Source of the DNA: a virus
Taxonomy: Duplodnaviria > Caudoviricetes
Strand: one strand, 5' to 3'
IMG/VR virus record: IMGVR_UViG_3300017700_000402
Coordinates: 1-40,011 of that record
DNA length: 40,011 nt
The translations under genes and the position numbers were made by a program. Below the pieces are notes generated by a model. The model was not told the DNA's origin, did no database searches, and was given only the letters and a program-made list of their open reading frames with translations. Position 1 is the first letter of the stretch, and the number at the start of each line of letters is the position of its first letter. Of this stretch, positions 1-7,795 are shown piece by piece.

Positions 1-123
1 GCTTGTTGAGGCTTTCGTAAACAATACGGACGATAAGAAGAAGCCAAAGACGGCTGAGCAGATCGCGCTGGATAAGGAAATGCTGCGCAGGCATGACCAA
101 CTCTTTGCCGATCAGTTCATGGA
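1..123. repeat. Terminal direct repeat copy 1 (identical to 39889-40011); probable assembly overlap of a circular/permuted genome
   Basis: gcttgttgaggctttcg...cagttcatgga occurs identically at both ends (123 bp). Confidence 0.95.
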
Positions 124-232
124 ATTTAACGGAGTAAAGGTTAGCGCTACGCTGGCCGGTCAATTCGGGGTCAAGGTATCGCCGCCTGACAACGTGGATG
201 ATGAGGGTGATTTAGGAGGTAGCCAAGCATGA
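2..232 (+). CDS. C-terminal part of the junction-spanning ORF starting at 39527 (197 aa in total)
   Basis: Frame continues from 39527 through the repeat to TGA 230-232, which overlaps the next ATG (ATGA). Confidence 0.8.
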   Translation, partial: LVEAFVNNTDDKKKPKTAEQIALDKEMLRRHDQLFADQFMEFNGVKVSATLAGQFGVKVSPPDNVDDEGDLGGSQA

Positions 233-492
233 GTGAGAAAACGAGGGAAGAGACAATGCAGGACACATACAGAGCCGCCAGAGAGAGGCTAGGAAGGCCG
301 TTTACGCCTCCGCAGGTGGTAATCCCCCGAAACAGCGTTCCACCGCCTCCTGACCCTTCCCTGCCGCCGCCAGCGGTGTTTGAGAAGCCCAAGCGGGCGC
401 GGGAGAAGCCAACGCCAGGATCAAGGGCCGATATCATGGCTAGTATGGTCTGGTCAGCGCCAGTTTCAGTTCAGTGGAGTAACGAGGAATGA
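229..492 (+). CDS. Hypothetical Pro-rich protein
   Basis: AGGAGG SD upstream; ATGA overlaps at both ends. Confidence 0.65.
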   Translation: MSEKTREETMQDTYRAARERLGRPFTPPQVVIPRNSVPPPPDPSLPPPAVFEKPKRAREKPTPGSRADIMASMVWSAPVSVQWSNEE

Positions 493-1130
493 CGGCAATG
501 GCAGTGCCCACGATGGGCGAGGGAACTACAGGCAATACGGCGCACATCAACTATTCAACAGCCCTGCCTTTTTACAAGCGAACCAAAACGCTGGATGCCT
601 ATCATCAGCGGATAAAGGCTGAGGAGGCGGAGCGGGAACGCAAGAAGGCAAAGGCCAGAGCGAGGGCTGCAAAGAGACGCTCAAGGGCAGCGATAAAGAT
701 GAACCGGCTACGCAGGGCCATGATTATCCGCGAAATAGCCTCTATGGGCTTCTATGGCGCTAAGATTGCCCGTATGTGCGGCACAAGCAAAGAATACCTC
801 TTGCAACTGCGCCGAGAGTTTAACGTCACCGTTCCCAAGCGCGGACGATACGATACGGATAAGTTCAGAGCGGTCCGGGCTGGTTATGAGGCAAACAAGT
901 CGGCGCAACAGATCGCTTTGGAAGCGGGCATGTCTGAAAACGTAGTCAAGAACTACGCCAGTTTGATGGGCGTGACATACAAGTATGGCCGTTACACGTG
1001 GCGGCGCGGGTTCATTGTTCCAGAGAACCGTATGGCAGAATACCTGGAGGCGCGGCGTTGCGGGTGCACGATAAAGGAAGCGGGCAGAAGCTTGGGACTT
1101 ATCCCGAGAGAGCAGGTGGTGACGCCATGA
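489..1130 (+). CDS. Basic protein with several HTH-like motifs (putative regulator)
   Basis: HTH-like segments GFYGAKIARMCGTS, KSAQQIALEAGMSENVV, GCTIKEAGRSLG. Confidence 0.6.
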   Translation: MTAMAVPTMGEGTTGNTAHINYSTALPFYKRTKTLDAYHQRIKAEEAERERKKAKARARAAKRRSRAAIKMNRLRRAMIIREIASMGFYGAKIARMCGTSKEYLLQLRREFNVTVPKRGRYDTDKFRAVRAGYEANKSAQQIALEAGMSENVVKNYASLMGVTYKYGRYTWRRGFIVPENRMAEYLEARRCGCTIKEAGRSLGLIPREQVVTP

Positions 1131-1261
1131 CTGTCTCAGCCCTCTTGGCCCATTTGCGCAGGATCAAGCGTCAATCCACCCCCTACACCAGAATAAACCT
1201 AGAGGCATTTAGCCCGGATGATCGGAGGGCTATCAGAATAATTGGCCCATATGCAAATTAG
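1127..1261 (+). CDS. Small hypothetical protein (44 aa, MTVSALLAHL...)
   Basis: ATGA overlap with the previous stop. Confidence 0.5.
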   Translation: MTVSALLAHLRRIKRQSTPYTRINLEAFSPDDRRAIRIIGPYAN

Positions 1262-1317
1262 GTGTTTACAGCATTGATGGATGGTGCTAACACTTAGTCA
1301 TCAAACGGAGAGAGAAG
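1251..1317 (+). promoter_or_regulatory. Sigma70-like promoter, copy A of a duplicated promoter
   Basis: TTTACA(1265-1270)-17bp-TAACAC with TG extension, then ACGGAGAGA SD; homologous to 38486-38555 (-). Confidence 0.7.
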
Positions 1318-1521
1318 ATGACCTTTACCAAAAGCCACAACAAGGACAACACCGCCTATCTTGTTAGTTCCAAAGGCAAGCTAGTTGGTAAGGTAAGAAA
1401 AGTAGAAAGCTGGGTGGCGCGCGGCGGTCGGATAGAGTGGGAAGCTTACCGTGCTGGTGAGTATCTTGGTTCATTCGACACGCGCACCGACGCCGGAACT
1501 TTTCTGGTTAACCGGGCATGA
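1318..1521 (+). CDS. Hypothetical protein
   Basis: Strong SD; first gene after the promoter. Confidence 0.75.
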   Translation: MTFTKSHNKDNTAYLVSSKGKLVGKVRKVESWVARGGRIEWEAYRAGEYLGSFDTRTDAGTFLVNRA

Positions 1522-1652
1522 AAGAAAAGCGTAAAGATATACGCAAAGGCAACCGCCATCGTCCGGGTTACATGACCGAGTACATGCGTGGATGGAGGGC
1601 ACGAAAGAACGCCGAAAAGCTTTCTCCCTCATCCCAAGCCAAACCTAAATAA
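1518..1652 (+). CDS. Basic micropeptide A (44 aa, MKEKRKDIRKGNRHRPGYMTEYMRGWRARK...)
   Basis: ATGA coupling to the upstream gene; paralog at 38113-38235. Confidence 0.75.
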   Translation: MKEKRKDIRKGNRHRPGYMTEYMRGWRARKNAEKLSPSSQAKPK

Positions 1653-1684
1653 CCCCACAACCGTCCTCTGGAGGGACTATACAA

Positions 1685-1810
1685 ATGACCTTCGCAAATT
1701 CATGGTACGTGATACCGCTGTTTGGGCTTTTGATAACTAGCCTTGTCATGGTTTACGTTTCGGCAATTGTTGATCTGGCTAAAGCTATGCGAAAGCGTAA
1801 TCAGTCATGA
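1685..1810 (+). CDS. Small single-TM protein (41 aa)
   Basis: GGAGGG SD; MTFANSWYVIPLFGLLITSLVMVYVSAIV; stop overlaps the next ATG. Confidence 0.7.
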   Translation: MTFANSWYVIPLFGLLITSLVMVYVSAIVDLAKAMRKRNQS

Positions 1811-2037
1811 GGGCCGCGCTGATACTGCCGATCATCCCATTCCTAAGCGGATGCTTCCTTGACGATATCGAGGGAAAGAACCCCGGTAAAGATCATCAGC
1901 AGCGCATAGCGGCGTTAGAGGCAGGTATGGCAAGGATCACGCCTATAACCCCTCCACAGCCCTTTACTGTGGCTGCAATCACTACGCCAGCGCCTGAACC
2001 ATGCTACCCAATTTTCAGAGTTAGGGACTGCCCATGA
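1807..2037 (+). CDS. Putative lipoprotein
   Basis: Signal peptide with lipobox LSGC. Confidence 0.65.
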   Translation: MRAALILPIIPFLSGCFLDDIEGKNPGKDHQQRIAALEAGMARITPITPPQPFTVAAITTPAPEPCYPIFRVRDCP

Positions 2038-2519
2038 CCATATCGGATAAAGAAATCGACGGACTGATCCGTTATGTCTCCGTGTTGCCCGACAAAGTGA
2101 CAGTCAGCGCTAATCTTGTATTTCAAGTTGCCACCGAACTGCAGCGTCTTCGCGCCGACGCCGCTCTATCCCTCACGCCCGCTGCGCCAAGCAAGGTGGT
2201 GGATATGAGCACTCTGGCGCGAAAAGCGGTTGATCTCGGCGCGCGCCGGACAGGTTTCATGCAACACGCGGGAAATGAGTACGACGCCGCCGCCCATATC
2301 CAGGCACTCACTGCCAGCGCTTTGGGCTGGGAACATAACTGGCAATACGAACGCGAACGAAAGCTTGATGCAATTACCCGCGCCACCACTGCCGAGGCCA
2401 GCGTGAAGGTGCTGGAGTCGGCGCTGGAGAAGATCGCATGCCGTCATGTGACCGAACAGCCGCTGTGGTGGCAGATCGACGCCCGCACCGCCCTCAACCC
2501 AGAGGGGGACGGCGCATGA
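2034..2519 (+). CDS. Hypothetical phage protein
   Basis: ATGA-coupled ORF in the operon. Confidence 0.7.
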   Translation: MTISDKEIDGLIRYVSVLPDKVTVSANLVFQVATELQRLRADAALSLTPAAPSKVVDMSTLARKAVDLGARRTGFMQHAGNEYDAAAHIQALTASALGWEHNWQYERERKLDAITRATTAEASVKVLESALEKIACRHVTEQPLWWQIDARTALNPEGDGA

Positions 2520-2611
2520 GAACCGGATGGCAACATATCGGGTTCGCCATCATCCTAGCTCTAGGCATTATCTGGATTATCGCAACAACAATCATAGAGG
2601 CTATGAAATGA
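2516..2611 (+). CDS. Small single-TM peptide (31 aa, MRTGWQHIGFAIILALGIIWIIATTIIEAMK)
   Basis: ATGA overlaps on both sides; hydrophobic core. Confidence 0.65.
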   Translation: MRTGWQHIGFAIILALGIIWIIATTIIEAMK

Positions 2612-2847
2612 GCACGGTAACTGAATGGATTGAACATGACGGCAAAGGACGGCCCAATCTGCCTCTTGGTACGTATGTTCATATTCGCACTCGTGAAGGC
2701 AAGGGGGAAGGCTGGGGGAGCGATCCTATTGAGTATTGGTCAGCCGATGACGGTGATCCGCGAGACTATTGGACAGCTAAGGGAGACCCGTTTGACATCG
2801 TGCTTTACCGTCTGGCAACAGCATCTAACGGACCTGAAGACCAATGA
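2608..2847 (+). CDS. Hypothetical phage protein (WIEHDGKGRP...DIVLYR type)
   Basis: Start moved to ATG 2608 by coupling; motif typical of phage early genes. Confidence 0.7.
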   Translation: MSTVTEWIEHDGKGRPNLPLGTYVHIRTREGKGEGWGSDPIEYWSADDGDPRDYWTAKGDPFDIVLYRLATASNGPEDQ

Positions 2848-3038
2848 CCCAGGACAACAAGCCCCGAGACTACCACTTCGGCACAGACATACCCATTCCA
2901 ACCATGGAGGAGACAGAAATAGCACGATCTCGCAGAGGCGAGGATGATGAAGGCGCTGGGCTGCTGGTATTGATCCTCATATGCTGCCTTGCAGTGCTGA
3001 TTATTATCGGTGCGCTTGTGTTCCAAGGGTGGAATTAG
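2844..3038 (+). CDS. Small membrane protein (C-terminal TM)
   Basis: LLVLILICCLAVLIIIGALV. Confidence 0.7.
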   Translation: MTQDNKPRDYHFGTDIPIPTMEETEIARSRRGEDDEGAGLLVLILICCLAVLIIIGALVFQGWN

Positions 3039-3042
3039 TATC

Positions 3043-3207
3043 ATGCTTGAGTTCGGAAACTATGCGCTAAACCTTTGGCTTGGCTATGTTACTGAGCCCA
3101 TTGATTGGGAAGCCAAGCGCAAGTCTGATGAGCAGCGCGTCAACCGATTGATTGCCATGGACTTAGAGCGCGCTAGGCTGAAACTGGAGAGGGAAGCCGC
3201 GAAATGA
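3043..3207 (+). CDS. Hypothetical protein
   Basis: ATG 3043 just after the upstream stop; coupled to the next gene. Confidence 0.6.
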   Translation: MLEFGNYALNLWLGYVTEPIDWEAKRKSDEQRVNRLIAMDLERARLKLEREAAK

Positions 3208-3404
3208 GTGAAGTTAAAGCAGTTCGATATCGCCAATGGTCAAGTAAGGCTGATACCATACTGAGAAAGGCGGATCTTCTTATGTCGGAGGTTATGACCG
3301 AACTTGGTGTTGATCATCCTCTGACAGATGAGGTTGATAACATCCTTGTCGCTGTAAGTGACACGCGAAACGCCTTGCGGCGCTACCCCTCCAAAGCCCA
3401 ATAA
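3204..3404 (+). CDS. Hypothetical protein
   Basis: ATGA-coupled ORF. Confidence 0.65.
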   Translation: MSEVKAVRYRQWSSKADTILRKADLLMSEVMTELGVDHPLTDEVDNILVAVSDTRNALRRYPSKAQ

Positions 3405-3429
3405 CCTATAACACAAAGGGTAGTTAGAT

Positions 3430-3591
3430 ATGAGCCAAGAGAACGAGGATCGAGCAAAGCGCCATATGCTGGCTGATCGTAAATCATTTGGTCAGGTGCC
3501 TAGCGAAGTTTCCAAGGAACGGATTGACAAGTTCTATCCAGAGTTTTGGGAAACTGGTAAGCTAACGCCGTCGCTAAAGGTTGTTAAGTAA
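3430..3591 (+). CDS. Hypothetical protein (53 aa, MSQENEDRAKRH...)
   Basis: ORF filling the gap, AAGGG upstream; below the ORF-track cutoff. Confidence 0.55.
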   Translation: MSQENEDRAKRHMLADRKSFGQVPSEVSKERIDKFYPEFWETGKLTPSLKVVK

Positions 3592-3821
3592 ATGGGAACA
3601 GGGCCTTACCAACATGCTAAAGGTGGAAAATCACCACATGCTGGTAGGCGCGTCGGTCTTCGTACCCACCCGAAGCGTCTTGCTAAAGGGTATTCGCCCG
3701 GATCTCGAGCCCCAGGCTATGGCCGCCTCTATCATTCCAAAGCAAAATAACCATAGCCATAACACATTATAAACTACCGGCTACCCATAGGATTAAGCAC
3801 TACCACAGAGGGACAAGGGAA

Positions 3822-4019
3822 ATGCGATACCGAATTGTCAAGCATGCGGATAATGACTACCACGTAGAGCGCAAGGTGTGGTTTGGCCTGTCGTGGGAAC
3901 TGATGCACAGCACCCCAGGTTTCCCAACTGAACAGAAAGCCACCGACTACATTAGACGCTTCACAAACCCAGAAGTGGTTGCCTATTTCGATGATGACGG
4001 CAAGCCCAGTGTCGTATAA
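3822..4019 (+). CDS. Hypothetical phage protein (MRYRIVK...Y.VERK.W type)
   Basis: SD AAGGG; motif common in phage small proteins. Confidence 0.7.
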   Translation: MRYRIVKHADNDYHVERKVWFGLSWELMHSTPGFPTEQKATDYIRRFTNPEVVAYFDDDGKPSVV

Positions 4020-4061
4020 GACATGGCTTATGTGTCAAACGGTTAAGTGAGATAAACTACC

Positions 4062-4346
4062 ATGGCAGGCGGTCGGCCCCCAAAAGAGAAAAGCTTCTAC
4101 AACGCATTGAGCGTAGCCCTTAATCAGGTCAACGGCATTGATGAGGCCGGACAGCGCGTAACCAAGCTCCGCACAATTGCTGAGAAGCTGGTAACTGCTG
4201 CTGAGGCTGGTGAAAGCTGGGCCATCAAAGAAGTAGCCGACCGCATCGACGGAAAGCCCATGCAGGCTGTAGAGCATAGCGGCGATCCTGATGGCGCCCC
4301 GATCATGCATGAAATCGTCCAGCGCATCATTGATACTCATAAGTGA
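4062..4346 (+). CDS. terS: Terminase small subunit (putative)
   Basis: Directly upstream of and overlapping TerL; GGRPPK, AIKEVADRIDGKP and VEHSG.DG.PI motifs. Confidence 0.75.
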   Translation: MAGGRPPKEKSFYNALSVALNQVNGIDEAGQRVTKLRTIAEKLVTAAEAGESWAIKEVADRIDGKPMQAVEHSGDPDGAPIMHEIVQRIIDTHK

Positions 4347-5719
4347 CATCGCTTGAAGTCCTAGTCCCCCGCGCATTATCACCGCTCCTAAGCCCTGCTC
4401 GATACAAAGGGGCATGGGGCGGTAGAGGCGGGGCTAAATCACACTTCTTTGCCGAACAGGTTGTAATCCGCTGCTACCGCAAGGCCACGCGCGTCGTCTG
4501 CATTCGTGAAGTCCAGAACTCCATCAGAGATAGCGTTAGACAGCTTCTCATCGACAAGATCAGGAAGCTTGGCCTTGAATGGGCATTTGATGTTCTAGAG
4601 GCTGAGATACGTGGGCGCGTCGGCACACCCGCAGAGGGTAGCCTGATCGTCTTTCGCGGCATGCAGTCCTACAACGCTGCCAACATCAAGAGCCTTGAAG
4701 GCTTCCACGTAGCGTGGATCGAGGAGGCACAGACCCTAAGCCAGTACAGCCTTGACCTTCTGCGCCCAACCATTCGTTCTGATGGCTCCGAGCTGTGGTT
4801 TAGCTGGAACCCCAGGTTCAAGACTGATCCGGTAGATCAGTTCCTAAGACGCAACCCGCCACCTAACTCCGTAGTGGTGCAGGTCAACTGGTCGGACAAT
4901 CCATGGTTCCCCGTCGAGCTAAAGACGGAAATGGAGCATGACTTCGAGACAGACCCCGACAAGGCCGAGCATGTCTGGAACGGAGCATACGGCGCCACAC
5001 AGGGGGCGGTGCTTAACAAGTGGGTCAACAAGGCCCGCAAGGCAGGCCGGGTCACTAACAGCGCTGTATATGACCCCCAAGGCGCCCCGATCCGCATTGT
5101 CTCGGATATTGGCTACCGCGACACTACCGTATGGTGGTTCTGGCAACCCAAGCTTGGCGGTATTACGGTGTTCAAGTGTATCTTCGGCAATGGCATGGAT
5201 GCAGAAGATTGGGCTGATGAGATTGCCAAGGTTTTGACTACCATGGGCGTATCAATGGATATGCTGGGAAAGATATGGCTACCCCACGACGCGCGGGTTA
5301 AAACCTTCCAAAGCAAATACTCAAGCCTTGAGCGCTTCATTGCCAAGTACGGCATGGCCAAGATGGGGATTGTGCCCATGTCCAAGAAGCACGACCAGAT
5401 CGAGGCCGCGCGCTATATGATTGACCAATGCGAGTTCCATGAGACGGATTGTTCCGATGGTCTGGACGGGCTGGATGCATGGCACTTTGAGTTCAATGAG
5501 GAAACCCAGATATTCAGCAAAGAACCTGAGCATGATTGGTCGAGCCATTTTGGTGATAGCTTTGCCTATGCGTGTCAGGTAATGCAGGGCTTGAAGGTCG
5601 ATCCTAAGCCAGAGGAGCCACGCAATCTGGTTATCCAGGCAGAGGGCACCAGCAAGTCCACATTGACCATGGATGACGCATGGACCACACAGACAACCGG
5701 AACAAGTGGCCGCATTTGA
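4343..5719 (+). CDS. terL: Terminase large subunit, PBSX family
   Basis: Walker A GGRGGAKS, Walker B WIEEA, WFSWNP, C-terminal nuclease (DIG...HDWSSHFGDSF). Confidence 0.95.
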   Translation: MTSLEVLVPRALSPLLSPARYKGAWGGRGGAKSHFFAEQVVIRCYRKATRVVCIREVQNSIRDSVRQLLIDKIRKLGLEWAFDVLEAEIRGRVGTPAEGSLIVFRGMQSYNAANIKSLEGFHVAWIEEAQTLSQYSLDLLRPTIRSDGSELWFSWNPRFKTDPVDQFLRRNPPPNSVVVQVNWSDNPWFPVELKTEMEHDFETDPDKAEHVWNGAYGATQGAVLNKWVNKARKAGRVTNSAVYDPQGAPIRIVSDIGYRDTTVWWFWQPKLGGITVFKCIFGNGMDAEDWADEIAKVLTTMGVSMDMLGKIWLPHDARVKTFQSKYSSLERFIAKYGMAKMGIVPMSKKHDQIEAARYMIDQCEFHETDCSDGLDGLDAWHFEFNEETQIFSKEPEHDWSSHFGDSFAYACQVMQGLKVDPKPEEPRNLVIQAEGTSKSTLTMDDAWTTQTTGTSGRI

Positions 5720-5744
5720 CCTAAGCCGCAATTTTGAGTAATAT
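5716..5744 (+). promoter_or_regulatory. Sigma70-like promoter
   Basis: TTGACC-17bp-TAATAT overlapping the terL stop. Confidence 0.65.
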
Positions 5745-5779
5745 TCAGCGGTCAACTTAACTTTGGAGATAAAACCCAA

Positions 5780-5947
5780 ATGAACGAACATATTAAAGCT
5801 CTAGTCAAGAAATCCGCAGAAGCCAATTCAGCCCTAGAGGCTATGCAGTTCTCCCAAGCGGCTAACAATGCTGCTAATGCATATGCCGTCCTCGTATCCA
5901 TTGATCCAGCAAACAATGCGGAACCCCCTCCACGCAAAGACCGTTGA
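5780..5947 (+). CDS. Small helical protein (55 aa, MNEHIKALVKKSAEA...)
   Basis: GGAG SD; not in the ORF track. Confidence 0.7.
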   Translation: MNEHIKALVKKSAEANSALEAMQFSQAANNAANAYAVLVSIDPANNAEPPPRKDR

Positions 5948-5977
5948 CCAGTAGCGTCCTAACAACGGAGACCTATC

Positions 5978-6295
5978 ATGGTTGACTACAACAAGTTCCA
6001 GCACATCGTTACGGTATGGAAGAACGGCGATTACGAGCAGGCAGGGCTAGAGGCCAGCGCGGTCATTTATGCCGATCCTGATGAGCCTGACGAGGAAACC
6101 CGCACCCGTTTCATTTCCGAAGCCCCTGGTATTGAAGGCTACATCAAGCCCGAGAACAAGCCCGGCAAGGCCGACAAGGATGGCAACATTCACGATGAGC
6201 CGGTAATTAACCAAGAGCGCAGCACGAGCGGTCAGAATGCACCTATGCCTAAGGATCGTGCTGGACACGACGATAAGGGTAGTGCTAAGAAGTAA
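5978..6295 (+). CDS. Hypothetical acidic/disordered protein
   Basis: GGAG SD; followed by a terminator. Confidence 0.75.
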   Translation: MVDYNKFQHIVTVWKNGDYEQAGLEASAVIYADPDEPDEETRTRFISEAPGIEGYIKPENKPGKADKDGNIHDEPVINQERSTSGQNAPMPKDRAGHDDKGSAKK

Positions 6296-6318
6296 ACGTT
6301 TCTCCCTGATCTTTACTG

Positions 6319-6351
6319 GCCTCAGCCTTAAACCGGCTGGGGCTTTTCTTT
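6319..6351 (+). terminator. Rho-independent terminator
   Basis: GCCTCAGCC-ttaaacc-GGCTGGGGC followed by TTTTCTTT. Confidence 0.8.
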
Positions 6352-6400
6352 GTGTGCCGAAGCGGGTAGTATTGCGCATCGCGGCATAGGAGGTTGCGTC

Positions 6401-7156
6401 ATGCCTCTGGTTACATCGGAAATCAACAATCTGGTTGCCGTCGGTTGGCAGGAATGGCCTGCATATCGTCGTGTCGTGGCTATTGGTCATAACAGCGACA
6501 TTGATACCGGGCCGGAGGATATGTGGACAGGTGGCGGTCTTTATCCATGGATGACAGCATCGACTTCCCTTGAGATTGTTTCATCGTCAACAGCCGATAC
6601 GGCGCTAGGGACGGGAGCCAGGACAGTCACGATCAATGGCCTAAACGACGCTTACGACGAAGTTAGCCAAACCGTTTCTCTCAATGGGACATCTGCCGTC
6701 TCTATCCCGACTCCTCTCTACAGGATTAATGGCGCCTTAGTGGTGACGACTGGCTCCGGGAACGTAAATGCGGGGACGCTGACAATCCGAGACGCAGGCG
6801 GCGGCACAACCCGCGCACTTATTTCTGTTGGTCACGGAACTACCCAGCAGAGCGAATACACTACGCCAGCAGGGTATACATTGCAGGTGATTACGCTTGT
6901 TAGTTGCATCAACCGGCCCACCAGCACCCGAGACGCCACGCTGGCAACTTACATAGCGAACCCTAACGGGAGCTACCGCCTGCCCTTTGAATACAGCGTA
7001 AATGGACAGCCATTTGCTCTGCCGATCCTGCCCGGCGTCATAGTTCCAGAGAAAACGGATTTTGGTATTCGCTGCACCTATGTTAGTACAACAAACACTG
7101 ACATTACTGCTGCATGGATTGGCGTCATGAAGTTGAACGAAATCCCGGTCATTTAA
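6401..7156 (+). CDS. Putative virion structural protein (beta-rich)
   Basis: AGGAGG SD before ATG 6401; W.GGGLYPW and SSSTADT.GTGARTV.I.GL motifs seen in phage virion proteins. Confidence 0.7.
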   Translation: MPLVTSEINNLVAVGWQEWPAYRRVVAIGHNSDIDTGPEDMWTGGGLYPWMTASTSLEIVSSSTADTALGTGARTVTINGLNDAYDEVSQTVSLNGTSAVSIPTPLYRINGALVVTTGSGNVNAGTLTIRDAGGGTTRALISVGHGTTQQSEYTTPAGYTLQVITLVSCINRPTSTRDATLATYIANPNGSYRLPFEYSVNGQPFALPILPGVIVPEKTDFGIRCTYVSTTNTDITAAWIGVMKLNEIPVI

Positions 7157-7172
7157 CGAAGTGGAATAGAGA

Positions 7173-7469
7173 TTGCCCGCACTAGCGCCTTTTACCCCAG
7201 CCGGAACAGTCTCACTGGCCGTCACCGGGACTACAGCATCAGTCGCCCTATCCAAGTCGGGGCTTAATCAGGTGATGATTAGCAGTTTGTCGGCCAATGC
7301 CGTCGCTTTTCTAAAGTTTGGCACGAGCGCTGTAACGGCTGCTGTGACAGATACGCCAATCTTGCCGGGTACCGTGCAGGTATTCACCATCCCGATTGAT
7401 GTAACCCATGTCGCGGCCATAGGGACAACGGCAACCACGTTATATTTTACCGTAGGAGAAGGCCAGTGA
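7173..7469 (+). CDS. Small Thr/Val-rich structural protein (head decoration-like)
   Basis: Composition and position; TTG start. Confidence 0.6.
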   Translation: MPALAPFTPAGTVSLAVTGTTASVALSKSGLNQVMISSLSANAVAFLKFGTSAVTAAVTDTPILPGTVQVFTIPIDVTHVAAIGTTATTLYFTVGEGQ

Positions 7470-7795
7470 TGCGGACGACCAGTTCTGTATCCAAGCCTAT
7501 CTCGGGGGAACCGCCTTCTGGATTTACGGCTGTAAGCAGCATATTCCGCAAGGACATAACGTTTACAGCTGGGGCAGTCACAGCGCTTGTCGGGCTTGTA
7601 TCCACTCAGGCTGTAACTGGGTTGCTGACCACTGATGCAGTCCAGGTCAATTGTACAGGCTTGATGACGTCAGGCGCCGTTATCGCCAATGCCCGCGTTA
7701 GCAGCACTGGAAACCTAGCTATAACGTTTGCAACTGCGGTTGCCGCTGGCGTTACCCTCCCAAGCCTAACCTATCGTATTACGGTGTTCCGTTAA
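7466..7795 (+). CDS. Small Thr/Val-rich structural protein
   Basis: Coupled to the portal start (TAATG). Confidence 0.6.
   Translation: MMRTTSSVSKPISGEPPSGFTAVSSIFRKDITFTAGAVTALVGLVSTQAVTGLLTTDAVQVNCTGLMTSGAVIANARVSSTGNLAITFATAVAAGVTLPSLTYRITVFR

Noticed and set aside
1-123. True physical terminal repeat (T7-like DTR)
   Set aside because: It falls mid-gene with no flanking signals; an assembler overlap of a circular contig is the simpler explanation
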